Shown here piece after piece: positions 1 to 9,121 of a stretch of DNA of 35,499 bases (position 1 is the first letter of the stretch; the number at the start of each line of letters is the position of its first letter). The translations under genes were made by a program, and so were the position numbers. This stretch comes from an uncultured Bacteroidales bacterium (lineage in GTDB: Bacteria > Bacteroidota > Bacteroidia > Bacteroidales > JBBRXJ01). The notes under the pieces were generated by a model that was not told the origin of the DNA, did no database searches, and worked only from the letters and a program-made list of their open reading frames with translations. The DNA lies in contig CAYMKE010000003.1 of assembly GCA_964390955.1 (NCBI GenBank), positions 1 through 35,499 on the forward strand. The letters run 5' to 3'.

Positions 1-244
1 GTTGATGCCTGAATAAGGTTGACCACTATTTGTCAATTATCAACTAAAATTGCAGAGAATACATGATATTAAGAAAATTTTTCTTTTTTTATCTTATTTA
101 TTATCTTCGGTCATTCATTTAGTTATAAATTTTTTGTCTGTATGGCATACGGATGAATATTTATGATATTTAGTGTTTGCACATAGTCAACATATTAACA
201 TAATGGCGAGATTCAGCCGGTCATGAAAAAATAAATAAAAACAG

Positions 245-1534
245 ATGCAATTAGTAGTCAACAAATCAAATTTAAGCGGGGACATTCTTGTGCCTGCATC
301 AAAATCACATACAATCAGGGCATTGGTTATTTCTGGTTTGGCCAATGGCACATCTGTATTAAAAAACCCGCTTTTTTCTTCTGACACTGAATCATGTATT
401 GCAGGGATTCGTGCAATGGGGGCACATGTAGAACAGGGTGATGGATACTTAGAGGTTACCGGTTTCGGAAAAATGCCGGTTATTCCTTCGAAACCTATTG
501 ACATGGGGAATTCCGGGACCAGCCTCCGCATGCTTACAGGCGTGGCATCATTAGCAGGCCGGCCTGTTGCATTTGATGGAGATGCCTCGCTTCGAACACG
601 GCCTATGCATCCACTTTTTTCGGCGCTTGAAAAATTAGGTGCAAAAGTAAAGTCTGCCAACGGGAAATGCCCGTTCACAATACATGGGCCCATCAATGGC
701 GGAAAAACAGAAGTAAACGGGATGAGCTCACAATACGTTTCCTCATTGTTAGTTACCTGCCCATTGATTGACCAGGACACAGAAATCATTGTGCATAAGC
801 TAATGGAAAAGCCGTATGTGGAGATCACACTCGACTGGTTAAAAAGCCAGTCCATTCAAGTAGAACAAAAAGGACTGGAGTGGTTTAAAATCAAAGGCGG
901 ACAATCATACAAACCATTCAACGGATATATCCCTTCGGATTTTTCAACGGCCACGTTCGCCCTTTGTGCAGCAGCCATAACACGCTCGGAAATTAAGATC
1001 AAAGGACTGAATTTTACAGATCCGCAAGGCGATAAAGAAGTGTTTCAGCATTTGGAAAAAATGGGGGTTCAGCTACAACATGTAGAAGACGGGGTGATTG
1101 TGCGCGGAAATGAACTCACGGGCATGGATATTGACATGAATAATATTCCGGATGCATTGCCGGCACTGGCAGTAACAGGATGTTATGCCAACGGAACAAC
1201 ACGGCTCTTAAATGTTGCCCAGGCAAGGTTTAAAGAATGCGACAGAATTAAGGCGATGACAACAGAACTGAAAAAAATGGGTGCAGATATCACAGAATTG
1301 GAAGACGGGATGATCGTCAATCATAGCCACTTAAAAGGAACATGCATGCATGGTTACCATGACCACCGGATAGTGATGGCACTTGCCTTAGCAGGCATGG
1401 GAGCAGAAGGTGAGACAATAATTGACACGGCAGAATCCTTTAAAATCACCTATCCCGGGTTTGCGGAAGATTTTAAACAAATACAAGCCAATATCGAATT
1501 AACTTCTGATAGTAAATTTTGTAAATGCGAATAA
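245..1534 (+). CDS. aroA: 3-phosphoshikimate 1-carboxyvinyltransferase (EPSP synthase)
   Basis: Motifs PASKSHTIR, GNSGTSLR, RPM, SSQY, IPD, KECDR and HDHR; 429 aa; directly upstream of aroC. Confidence 0.95.
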   Translation: MQLVVNKSNLSGDILVPASKSHTIRALVISGLANGTSVLKNPLFSSDTESCIAGIRAMGAHVEQGDGYLEVTGFGKMPVIPSKPIDMGNSGTSLRMLTGVASLAGRPVAFDGDASLRTRPMHPLFSALEKLGAKVKSANGKCPFTIHGPINGGKTEVNGMSSQYVSSLLVTCPLIDQDTEIIVHKLMEKPYVEITLDWLKSQSIQVEQKGLEWFKIKGGQSYKPFNGYIPSDFSTATFALCAAAITRSEIKIKGLNFTDPQGDKEVFQHLEKMGVQLQHVEDGVIVRGNELTGMDIDMNNIPDALPALAVTGCYANGTTRLLNVAQARFKECDRIKAMTTELKKMGADITELEDGMIVNHSHLKGTCMHGYHDHRIVMALALAGMGAEGETIIDTAESFKITYPGFAEDFKQIQANIELTSDSKFCKCE

Positions 1535-1596
1535 ATTTATTATTAGAGGCTGATCATTATAAATTGTAAATATTAACCTCTTAAAAAATTAAAATT

Positions 1597-2916
1597 ATGC
1601 TAGGATGTACACATGGAAAATTATTTAAAACAACGGTAGGAGGGGGTTCCTACCAGGAAGGCCTGTCAATAAATATCCAGGGAGTCCCTTCCGGATACTA
1701 TTTTACTGAAGAAGAAATTTATGCAGAACTGATGCTTCGTAAACCCGGCCAGGGAGAACTTTCATCTCCGCGCCGTGAAGCCGATGTTCCTGTTATATAT
1801 AGTGGTGTAAACGCTGCCGATACCATGCCAGGCTTTAAGAACAAGGGATATACAAACGGAACACCCGTGGTTATTTTAATCCCGAATGTTGACCGGCATT
1901 TTGAGCACATTGAGCAGTACCAGGTAACCAACCGCACACCACGTCCCGGCCATGCTTCTTTTGCTTCGTTCCAAAAATTCGGAAAATGGGATGATGCTAT
2001 TGGCGCCGGCATATTCAGCGGACGCTATACAAGCACTATCGTGGCAGCCGGTACCATTGCAAAACGGATTCTTGCTGAACATGGCATATTTGTTACTGCA
2101 TATGTCAAAGAAGCGGCAGGAGTGAGAATGGGGGATATGAATATTGAAAAGATCAGGGAAAAAGCCCAGGCTTATCGTACCGTAAGAAAATTGTATGACC
2201 CTGTTTACCAGGAAATATTTGCACAGGGCAAATTCAATTCCAACATGAGGTTTTTAGAAAAAGCTGCTGTTTTAGCAGAACTGGAAAAACGTATTCCTGA
2301 AATTCCAAAACCAAAATATGATGAAGATGAGGTAAGGGAGAAATATGGTATCAATCCCAGAATATTCTGCCCTGACCTTGAAACAGCCAATGAGATGAAT
2401 AAAGAGATTATCCGTATACGGGATGAAGGCGATTCTTCCGGAGGGTATGTAGAGTTCGTTGTAACAGGAGTTCCTGCCGGCCTGGGAGAGCCTGTATTTG
2501 AAAAAATGGATGCAGAACTGGCTAAACTCATGGGCATTGGAACCGTAAAGTCTGTAGAGATCGGTTGTGGAATCCAGGCTGCTAAAATGACGGGTTCTGA
2601 ATGCAATGATGAAATGAGGGTAGAAAACAATAATGTTAAATTTACGTCTAACAATGCCGGTGGAATCACAGGAGGATTAACAACAGGACAAAATATTGTC
2701 GGCAGAGTATCTGTTAAACCAACTCCAACCATTGCAAAACCCCAAAAAACAATAGATAAAGTAAGCCTCGAAAATAAAGACCTTGCTGCCGTGACACGCC
2801 GCGACCCCACTATTGTTGCCAGAATTTGGCCCGTGGTAGAAGCATATACGGCAATGGTAATACTTGATCATTACATGCAGTATATTGCACTCCAGAATAT
2901 GAAGAGGCCGGAATAA
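1597..2916 (+). CDS. aroC: Chorismate synthase-family protein, divergent, with insertion
   Basis: RPGHA, VAAG-IAK, GDSSGG, GLGEPVF, SNNAGGITGG, KPTPTI and RRDP motifs. The N-terminal signature reads GGSYQ instead of GESHG. 439 aa versus ~360 aa typical. Confidence 0.85.
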   Translation: MLGCTHGKLFKTTVGGGSYQEGLSINIQGVPSGYYFTEEEIYAELMLRKPGQGELSSPRREADVPVIYSGVNAADTMPGFKNKGYTNGTPVVILIPNVDRHFEHIEQYQVTNRTPRPGHASFASFQKFGKWDDAIGAGIFSGRYTSTIVAAGTIAKRILAEHGIFVTAYVKEAAGVRMGDMNIEKIREKAQAYRTVRKLYDPVYQEIFAQGKFNSNMRFLEKAAVLAELEKRIPEIPKPKYDEDEVREKYGINPRIFCPDLETANEMNKEIIRIRDEGDSSGGYVEFVVTGVPAGLGEPVFEKMDAELAKLMGIGTVKSVEIGCGIQAAKMTGSECNDEMRVENNNVKFTSNNAGGITGGLTTGQNIVGRVSVKPTPTIAKPQKTIDKVSLENKDLAAVTRRDPTIVARIWPVVEAYTAMVILDHYMQYIALQNMKRPE

Positions 2917-3006
2917 TTTTTGCGTGACAAAATAGATTTTATTTGCCTCGTATTTTTTTACGGGGCAAATTTAGCTTGTAATTTCTTTAAAAATATAAAC
3001 ACACAC

Positions 3007-4200
3007 ATGGATACAAATGTAATCCCCATCAAAGAAAATATTTACTGGGTAGGCGTAAATGATTATGATACACAGCTTTTTGAAGCCATCTGGCCGTTGC
3101 CCGAAGGTGTTTCCTATAATTCATACCTTATTGTAGATGAAAAAGTAGCGTTGGTGGATGCGGTAAAACATACCACCAGCCATGTACTGCTGAAAAAATT
3201 AAAACAAGTCCTTAAAGACAGGCCGGTTGATTATATGGTCATTAACCACATGGAACCCGACCATTCTGGTGCTGTGGCTATGTTGGCAGAATTATACCCG
3301 AACATGCAAATTGTGGGCAATAAGAAAACCCTGGAATATGCAAATGACTATTATCATATACAAAGCAAAACAAAAGAAGTGAAAGAAGGCGATACGCTAA
3401 ACCTGGGAAAGCATGAACTGCAATTTCACCTCACCCCTATGGTGCATTGGCCGGAAACGATGGTGACGTATGAAAAATCACATAAAATATTATTTACGGC
3501 AGATATATTTGGCGGATTTGGCGTGTTAAAAGGTGGCATCTTTGATAATGAAGTGGACCTGGATTATTATGAAACAGAAATCAGAAGGTATTTTTCCAAT
3601 ATTGTAGGAAAATACAGCAAGATGGCACAAAAGGCATTGAAAAAACTTGAAGGTTTAGACATACAAATTATTGCCCCGACACACGGACCGGTGTTTAAAG
3701 ATAATCCTTCATATATTATTGATAAATACGATAAATGGAGCCGCTATGAAGCAGAAGACGGCGTAGTTATTGCATTCGCCTCGATGTACGGCAACACTCA
3801 GGAGATGGCAGAGATCGTGGCACGAGGCCTATCTGAAAATGGTGTTACGAAAATACGAATGCATGATGTCTCTTACAAACATGCATCATATATTATTAAT
3901 GACATATGGCAGTTTAAAGGATTTATTCTTGGTTCCTGCACATACAATACCCGCATCTTCCCGCACATGGAAACCCTTGTGAATATGCTGATTAACAAGC
4001 AACTAAAAAATCGCTATGTAGGCATATTCGGCTCATATACATGGGGTGGAGGTGCATTTAGAGGCCTCAAAGAATTCATGGATAAAAGCAACCTTGATCC
4101 CATTGAGCCTTCATTTGCCGTGAAGGGAAGTGTAACACAAGAAGATATACAACAATGTTATGAGTTGGGCAAAAACATGGCTGAAGCATTGAAGAGTTGA
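3007..4200 (+). CDS. fprA: FprA family A-type flavoprotein (flavodiiron protein)
   Basis: GVSYNSYLI, NHMEPDHSG, HWPE, ADIFG and PTHG diiron motifs plus flavodoxin SMYGNT. Start taken as the ATG at 3007 rather than the TTG at 2920. Confidence 0.92.
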   Translation: MDTNVIPIKENIYWVGVNDYDTQLFEAIWPLPEGVSYNSYLIVDEKVALVDAVKHTTSHVLLKKLKQVLKDRPVDYMVINHMEPDHSGAVAMLAELYPNMQIVGNKKTLEYANDYYHIQSKTKEVKEGDTLNLGKHELQFHLTPMVHWPETMVTYEKSHKILFTADIFGGFGVLKGGIFDNEVDLDYYETEIRRYFSNIVGKYSKMAQKALKKLEGLDIQIIAPTHGPVFKDNPSYIIDKYDKWSRYEAEDGVVIAFASMYGNTQEMAEIVARGLSENGVTKIRMHDVSYKHASYIINDIWQFKGFILGSCTYNTRIFPHMETLVNMLINKQLKNRYVGIFGSYTWGGGAFRGLKEFMDKSNLDPIEPSFAVKGSVTQEDIQQCYELGKNMAEALKS

Positions 4201-4313
4201 TATACAATGTAATCCTTTCCGTCTAATCCATTTTTTTAAGTCCTGCCTCGAATTTAGCCTGTATTTTAAATACTATTTATTTATTTTTTAGGAATAATGC
4301 AGGTTAGAGGCCG

Positions 4314-4733
4314 TTAATATTTCTTATCATATTCCACTGCTATTTCCTGTATCCGTTTCATAATACTCGATATCCCATTGGCACGGGAAGGGGAGAGGTT
4401 TGATTTAAGGCCTATCTTGTCTATAAATTCAGGGTCGCTGTTTATTATTGCTTTAGGAGGCTGGCCATTATAGACTTTAAGCAATAAAGCAATGATTCCT
4501 TTTATGATCTGTGTATCGCTGTCAGCTTCATAGTGAATGGTTCCATTCGTTTTGCTGGCTTTAATCCACACGTTCGACTGGCAGCCCCCGATTTTATGGT
4601 TTTCTGTTTTTAATTCTCCATTCGTGGAAGGCAATTTTTTTGCCAAATCTGTTAAATATTCATATTTGTCTAACCAATCATCTATCGAAGCAAATTCTTT
4701 AATGACCTGTTGTTGGATGTCTGCTATGTTCAT
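4314..4733 (-). CDS. sufE: SufE/CsdE family sulfur acceptor protein
   Basis: GCQSNVW active-site Cys motif, DSDTQIIKG, LSPSRANG; begins right after the sufS stop. Confidence 0.93.
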   Translation of the reverse strand: MNIADIQQQVIKEFASIDDWLDKYEYLTDLAKKLPSTNGELKTENHKIGGCQSNVWIKASKTNGTIHYEADSDTQIIKGIIALLLKVYNGQPPKAIINSDPEFIDKIGLKSNLSPSRANGISSIMKRIQEIAVEYDKKY

Positions 4734-4734
4734 G

Positions 4735-5952
4735 TCAATTTAATATTTTGTTCGCTTTTTCAATGCCTTTCATTAATGTATCAATCTCTGCTTTTGTATT
4801 GTATAAACCAAAGCTTATCCGTATCGTTCCATTGATGCCGAGCCTGTTGATTAATGGTTCGGCACAGTGATGCCCCGTGCGTACTGCAATGCCTTTTTTA
4901 TCCAATATGGCGCCCACATCATACGGATGGATATTGTTTAGGTTGAAGGAGATAGAGCCACACTTGTCGCCATTGCCATAAATTATAATATCCTTTGATG
5001 CTTGCAATTGTTGTAAAGCATACTCATAAACTTCTTGTTCATGTGAGGCGATGTGGTGTAGTCCCGTTTTATTCATATACCTGATAGCAGCTGCCAGGCT
5101 TACTGCACCAGATACATTGCTTGTGCCCGCCTCAAATTTCGAGGGTGACTCGAGGAATTCTGCATGGTGCAAGCCTACTTCTTTCACCATGCCGCCGCCA
5201 TACACGGCTGGATGCATAGCATCAAGCCACTTTTTTTTGCCATATAAAATCCCGATGCCGGTTTCTGCATACATTTTATGGCCGGAAAAGGCCATGAAGT
5301 CGCAATCGAGTTGTTGCACATCCACAGGGATATGTTGTATGGCTTGTGCTGCATCTATCATCACCGGGATGTCGCGTGCATGAGCAGCCCGTATTATTTT
5401 TTCAATGGGGTTAATGGTGCCCAGTACATTGGAGACATACGAAACGGAGATAAGCCGTGTCTTTGGGGTGATAAGCGAATCGAGCCTGTCCAACACGAGG
5501 GTGCCTTCATCATGAATGGGAAGGATTTTAAGCGCGGCCCCGGTACGTTTTGCCAGCATGATCCAGGGGACATAGTTCGAGTGGTGTTCCATTTCCGTGA
5601 TGATGATCTCACTCTTGTTGTTGATAAATGATCGTTCGAATGAATTTGCCAACATGTTAATGGAGTCGGTTGTGCCTTTGGTAAAAATGACTTCCGATGC
5701 ATGTTTCGCGTTGATGAATTGTTGAACCGTACTCCTGGCATCTTCATAAATTCCGCTGGCTAATTCGCTGAGATGGTGGCTCCCCCTGTGGACATTGCTG
5801 TTTTGTTTAAAATAAAATGAGGTGGTCTCCCCGGTGACCTGTTTCGGCTTGTGCGTGGTAGCCGCATTATCGAGGTAAACGAGGGGATTGCCATATATTT
5901 TTTCCTGTAAGATAGGGAAATCCTGGCGTATTGTATTGATATCAATCATCAT
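4735..5952 (-). CDS. sufS: SufS/CsdA family (group II) cysteine desulfurase
   Basis: YLDNAATT, NVHRG, EHHSN, DAAQ, SGHK (PLP lysine), FEAGT and RTGHHCA catalytic loop. Confidence 0.95.
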   Translation of the reverse strand: MMIDINTIRQDFPILQEKIYGNPLVYLDNAATTHKPKQVTGETTSFYFKQNSNVHRGSHHLSELASGIYEDARSTVQQFINAKHASEVIFTKGTTDSINMLANSFERSFINNKSEIIITEMEHHSNYVPWIMLAKRTGAALKILPIHDEGTLVLDRLDSLITPKTRLISVSYVSNVLGTINPIEKIIRAAHARDIPVMIDAAQAIQHIPVDVQQLDCDFMAFSGHKMYAETGIGILYGKKKWLDAMHPAVYGGGMVKEVGLHHAEFLESPSKFEAGTSNVSGAVSLAAAIRYMNKTGLHHIASHEQEVYEYALQQLQASKDIIIYGNGDKCGSISFNLNNIHPYDVGAILDKKGIAVRTGHHCAEPLINRLGINGTIRISFGLYNTKAEIDTLMKGIEKANKILN

Positions 5953-7251
5953 TTATTGTTCTATTTCCTGTACTTTTTCTTCCGGGATGCCGGTTTCATA
6001 AGGCAATCCTTTATTGCTCCATTCAAACCAGCCTCCGTCGAATACAGAAACACGCGGCCAGCCCATCAACCAGGCATTCAGGAATGCTTCACTGCCACGC
6101 CATCCTGTACCGCAATAAAACGCATTATGTTTATCCGGTGTGATACCGGCTTGTTTCCACATTGCTTCTATCTCATGATATTCACGTGTGGTATGGTCGG
6201 GGTTCCGGTAGTTTTCCATATGATATGCGTCGCTTCCGCAATCGCCAAAAACAGCGCCGGGAATCCTGCCTGTTTTTTCAATATAGTTGTATCCGCTTAC
6301 GTCTCCGATGAATTCTTTCCAGCTTCTTACAGACACCAGGTTTTTGACTTTATCTTGTATGATTTCTTGCGCTTCGTCAATGTCCACTGCCAGTTCGGGG
6401 TTTACCGGGATGGTAGCTCCAAAGTCATCGACTGGTGGTAGTCGTGTCTCTTCAAAAGAGAGCTCGTACCCGGCATCTGTCCATGCCCGTAAGCCCCCGT
6501 TCAGTACGCGGACATCTTTTATCCCGGCATACATCATGATAAATGCACAACGGATGGCTCCGAGGTGGCCAGCGTTACTGCCAGGGTAGGGGTCATTGTT
6601 GTCGGGGTCAGAAAACCTGCCATATAAGATCACCGTGGTGTCGTGAGTGATTCCTTTTGCTTCAAATAATTTTTTAAGTTCTTCCGGTTTGCGCCTGTTC
6701 CATGTTTCCGTTGATTCCAATGAATTGGTATCAGTATCAATGGCTCCCGGGATATGCCCCATCGTATAATCGTCTTTGTTCTGGTAATGGGCATGGCAGA
6801 CAACAAACCGTTCGTTCGTATAATCAGATGCATCGCCTGTTGTGATAAGGCCGTGCAGCCATTCGGCAGACACCAGGTGTTTGTACCGTGTTAAAAAGTC
6901 CATTGGCATGTCTATGTCTTCACTCCATTCTTTAACAAAATCATGATAAACAAAAACATCTGTAAACCCTGCTTTTTCAAACAGGCGGGCTATTTTTTCT
7001 GTCTCTTGCTGATCATACCCGTATATGATCAATTGATGATCGGGTGTTATGTTTTTTGAGCGTACAATTTCAATCCAGTCAATATATTCTGCCCATTTGG
7101 CAGGCAGGCTTTTGGCGCCTTTGATATGGCCGCCCCGGGCTTCATCGTTTAGTTTCCACCCGTTGTAGGCATTCACCGGGCGTATGTCTATGATTTTGGC
7201 CCCGGGATCGTTTAGTTTATTGTAAACTGCTGATGTGCTTAATGATTGCAT
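5953..7251 (-). CDS. Three-domain rhodanese sulfurtransferase (YnjE-like)
   Basis: Three rhodanese repeats (GHIKGA, GHIPGA, GRIPGA), C-terminal active-site loop CGTGWR, FDGGWFEW. Start taken at Met 7251 (alternative 7290). Confidence 0.88.
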   Translation of the reverse strand: MQSLSTSAVYNKLNDPGAKIIDIRPVNAYNGWKLNDEARGGHIKGAKSLPAKWAEYIDWIEIVRSKNITPDHQLIIYGYDQQETEKIARLFEKAGFTDVFVYHDFVKEWSEDIDMPMDFLTRYKHLVSAEWLHGLITTGDASDYTNERFVVCHAHYQNKDDYTMGHIPGAIDTDTNSLESTETWNRRKPEELKKLFEAKGITHDTTVILYGRFSDPDNNDPYPGSNAGHLGAIRCAFIMMYAGIKDVRVLNGGLRAWTDAGYELSFEETRLPPVDDFGATIPVNPELAVDIDEAQEIIQDKVKNLVSVRSWKEFIGDVSGYNYIEKTGRIPGAVFGDCGSDAYHMENYRNPDHTTREYHEIEAMWKQAGITPDKHNAFYCGTGWRGSEAFLNAWLMGWPRVSVFDGGWFEWSNKGLPYETGIPEEKVQEIEQ

Positions 7252-7301
7252 ATGTGTTTGTGTATTGATTATTACAATGTTATGAATCACGAATGATTGT
7301 G

Positions 7302-7709
7302 CTATGTATCCTCTGCTAGTTCCGCTTTATTTACTATAGCATCTGCTTTTTTAAGTATTTTTAATTCCGGATACGGATATTTTGAAGAAGAATGATGGTT
7401 CCCAATGATATTACAAATTTTTTGTATTTTATGTTCTTCCATATGACAATCCTTTAATAGTTGCCTGGCTAAAGAGGGGCCATATTCTTCCTGCATAGCT
7501 CCATTGTTGTATCCATGTTTTTTCTCTGCAATTTTTATTCCAATATCGTGAAGCAGGGCCGAAGCAATTAGAATTTCGTAATCCACGGGCTGTTGTAATG
7601 TCAGTTTTTCTGTTTCTTGTAAGACGTTAACAGCATGTTCAATTCGTTTGTAATCTTTTTCAAAGTGCATAACAAGCGCATGAATAAGTTTTCCTTTGAG
7701 GTGTTTCAT
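7302..7709 (-). CDS. Small HD-domain metal-dependent phosphohydrolase
   Basis: RIEH...ALLHDIG...NHH...AD motif set. Confidence 0.85.
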   Translation of the reverse strand: MKHLKGKLIHALVMHFEKDYKRIEHAVNVLQETEKLTLQQPVDYEILIASALLHDIGIKIAEKKHGYNNGAMQEEYGPSLARQLLKDCHMEEHKIQKICNIIGNHHSSSKYPYPELKILKKADAIVNKAELAEDT

Positions 7710-7820
7710 GAGATTGGACTTTTGGGTGCTTTAGTATGTAAATGTAATAAATTTATTGGGTTGTCCTGCACGGTGGACGAGAACTCTTTTGTATGGTTTC
7801 GTTTACAAACAGATATTTTT

Positions 7821-7851
7821 TTTGGTTATCTGCCTGTATATGGTATATTTG
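7821..7851 (+). promoter_or_regulatory. Putative Bacteroidota primary-sigma promoter (-33 TTTG / -7 TATATTTG) facing the LytTR gene
   Basis: TTTG at 7821-7824, 19-nt spacer, TATATTTG at 7844-7851. Confidence 0.45.
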
Positions 7852-8101
7852 TATAAAAAATGAATGGGATGAGTGCTATGAATCAAATAAACAGATATAA
7901 CAGATATTTATAAACCTTTACCAACTGATAGTTTTCCAATAGAAATTAATTATAATAAGCCAATACCTTCTATTGATAAACAAAAGGAAATCACTTTAGA
8001 TATTAATGAAATCAATGGTATAGCATATACGTGTTCGGATTTTGCATATATACTTTCTCTGATAATTTTTTTATCTTTATTCTTTCTATTATTATTACAT
8101 C

Positions 8102-8980
8102 ATGATCAATTTAAAACTAAAGGAAAACGGTTATTTAAACAAACGGTACCAATACCTGAAAAAAGATTTTGGCGTTTTCACAGGTATTAGCCTTGGTATA
8201 TTTTTATTTGTTCTGTTTTTTCAACCGTTTTCGCTTGCCAAGTTTGATTTTAATAACCGCATGCTGTTTGTTGCCGGGCTTGCCGGAATAGTTTTCCTGG
8301 TAACGCTTATTGTTCGTGTATTCTTTTCCGTATTTATTATTAATATCTCCGATGACAACCAGAATAACGAACTCACTTCTTATATCAATGGATTTTTAAT
8401 TTGGGCATTAAGCGCTGTTGGTTTCACTTTTTATATCCGGTATATAGGATCAGTTGATCTCACATTTTATATCATGTTCAAAATAATTATAATTTGCCTG
8501 CTCCCTCCACTTATTTTAAAAATACGTGATGATTATAAACTGCTAACCCAACAAAATATGTTGCTTCATGAAGAATGCAAAATATTAAAAAACCGGCTCA
8601 AAATATTTGAAGAAAACACCTCCGTGCAAAATATCTTATTTACTTCTGAGCATGGCACCGAAAAAATAAATCTTCCGGCATCCAGCGTGATAATGATAAA
8701 ATCTGCTGATAACTATGTTGAGGTCATTTATAAGGCCAACGGCAATTTTAAGAAGGAAATGATCAGAAATACCATGAAAAACATTGAACAACAGGTAAAA
8801 AAACATGCAAATTTCATCCGCTGTCACCGCACAACCATTGTAAATATCTTTTATGCTGAAAAACTTTACAGAGAAAACAACAATTATTGGTTGAACATCA
8901 AAGACTATAATGAACAAATACCTGTATCACGGCAGTATTTAATATATATTAAAGACGCCATGAACATCCAAAAGGGGTAA
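8102..8980 (+). CDS. Membrane-anchored LytTR-family transcriptional regulator
   Basis: Four N-terminal hydrophobic segments, no receiver domain. C-terminal LytTR motifs KSADNYVEV, IRNTMK, FIRCHRTTIVN, IPVSR. Confidence 0.88.
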   Translation: MINLKLKENGYLNKRYQYLKKDFGVFTGISLGIFLFVLFFQPFSLAKFDFNNRMLFVAGLAGIVFLVTLIVRVFFSVFIINISDDNQNNELTSYINGFLIWALSAVGFTFYIRYIGSVDLTFYIMFKIIIICLLPPLILKIRDDYKLLTQQNMLLHEECKILKNRLKIFEENTSVQNILFTSEHGTEKINLPASSVIMIKSADNYVEVIYKANGNFKKEMIRNTMKNIEQQVKKHANFIRCHRTTIVNIFYAEKLYRENNNYWLNIKDYNEQIPVSRQYLIYIKDAMNIQKG

Positions 8981-9060
8981 ATAACACCTACCCCTGTGAT
9001 TTGGCAATGGCCACCAATATCTTTAATACACCCACATTTTCTTTATGCTAATCCCATTAA

Positions 9061-9092
9061 TTTGCATTGGCCTCTAACGGAGTATATCTTTG
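9061..9092 (+). promoter_or_regulatory. Putative Bacteroidota promoter of the radical SAM gene
   Basis: TTTG at 9061-9064, 20-nt spacer, TATCTTTG at 9085-9092, about 30 nt before the ATG. Confidence 0.65.
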
Positions 9093-9121
9093 TGCCAAGT
9101 TAAACTTAAAAAACAAAAATC

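Noticed and set aside
187-855. 222-aa minus-strand ORF and the many other antisense or alternate-frame ORFs inside aroA, aroC, sufS, clpB, tex and others
   Set aside because: They are shadows of well-supported genes and have no recognisable motifs
4245-4311. Long imperfect hairpin between the convergent fprA and sufE genes as a terminator
   Set aside because: It has a large AT loop, several G:U pairs or bulges and no clear U tract, so it is too weak to call
7807-7907. Three AACAGATAT copies upstream of the LytTR gene as an operator
   Set aside because: They are AT-rich and irregularly spaced, and do not fit LytTR repeat geometry
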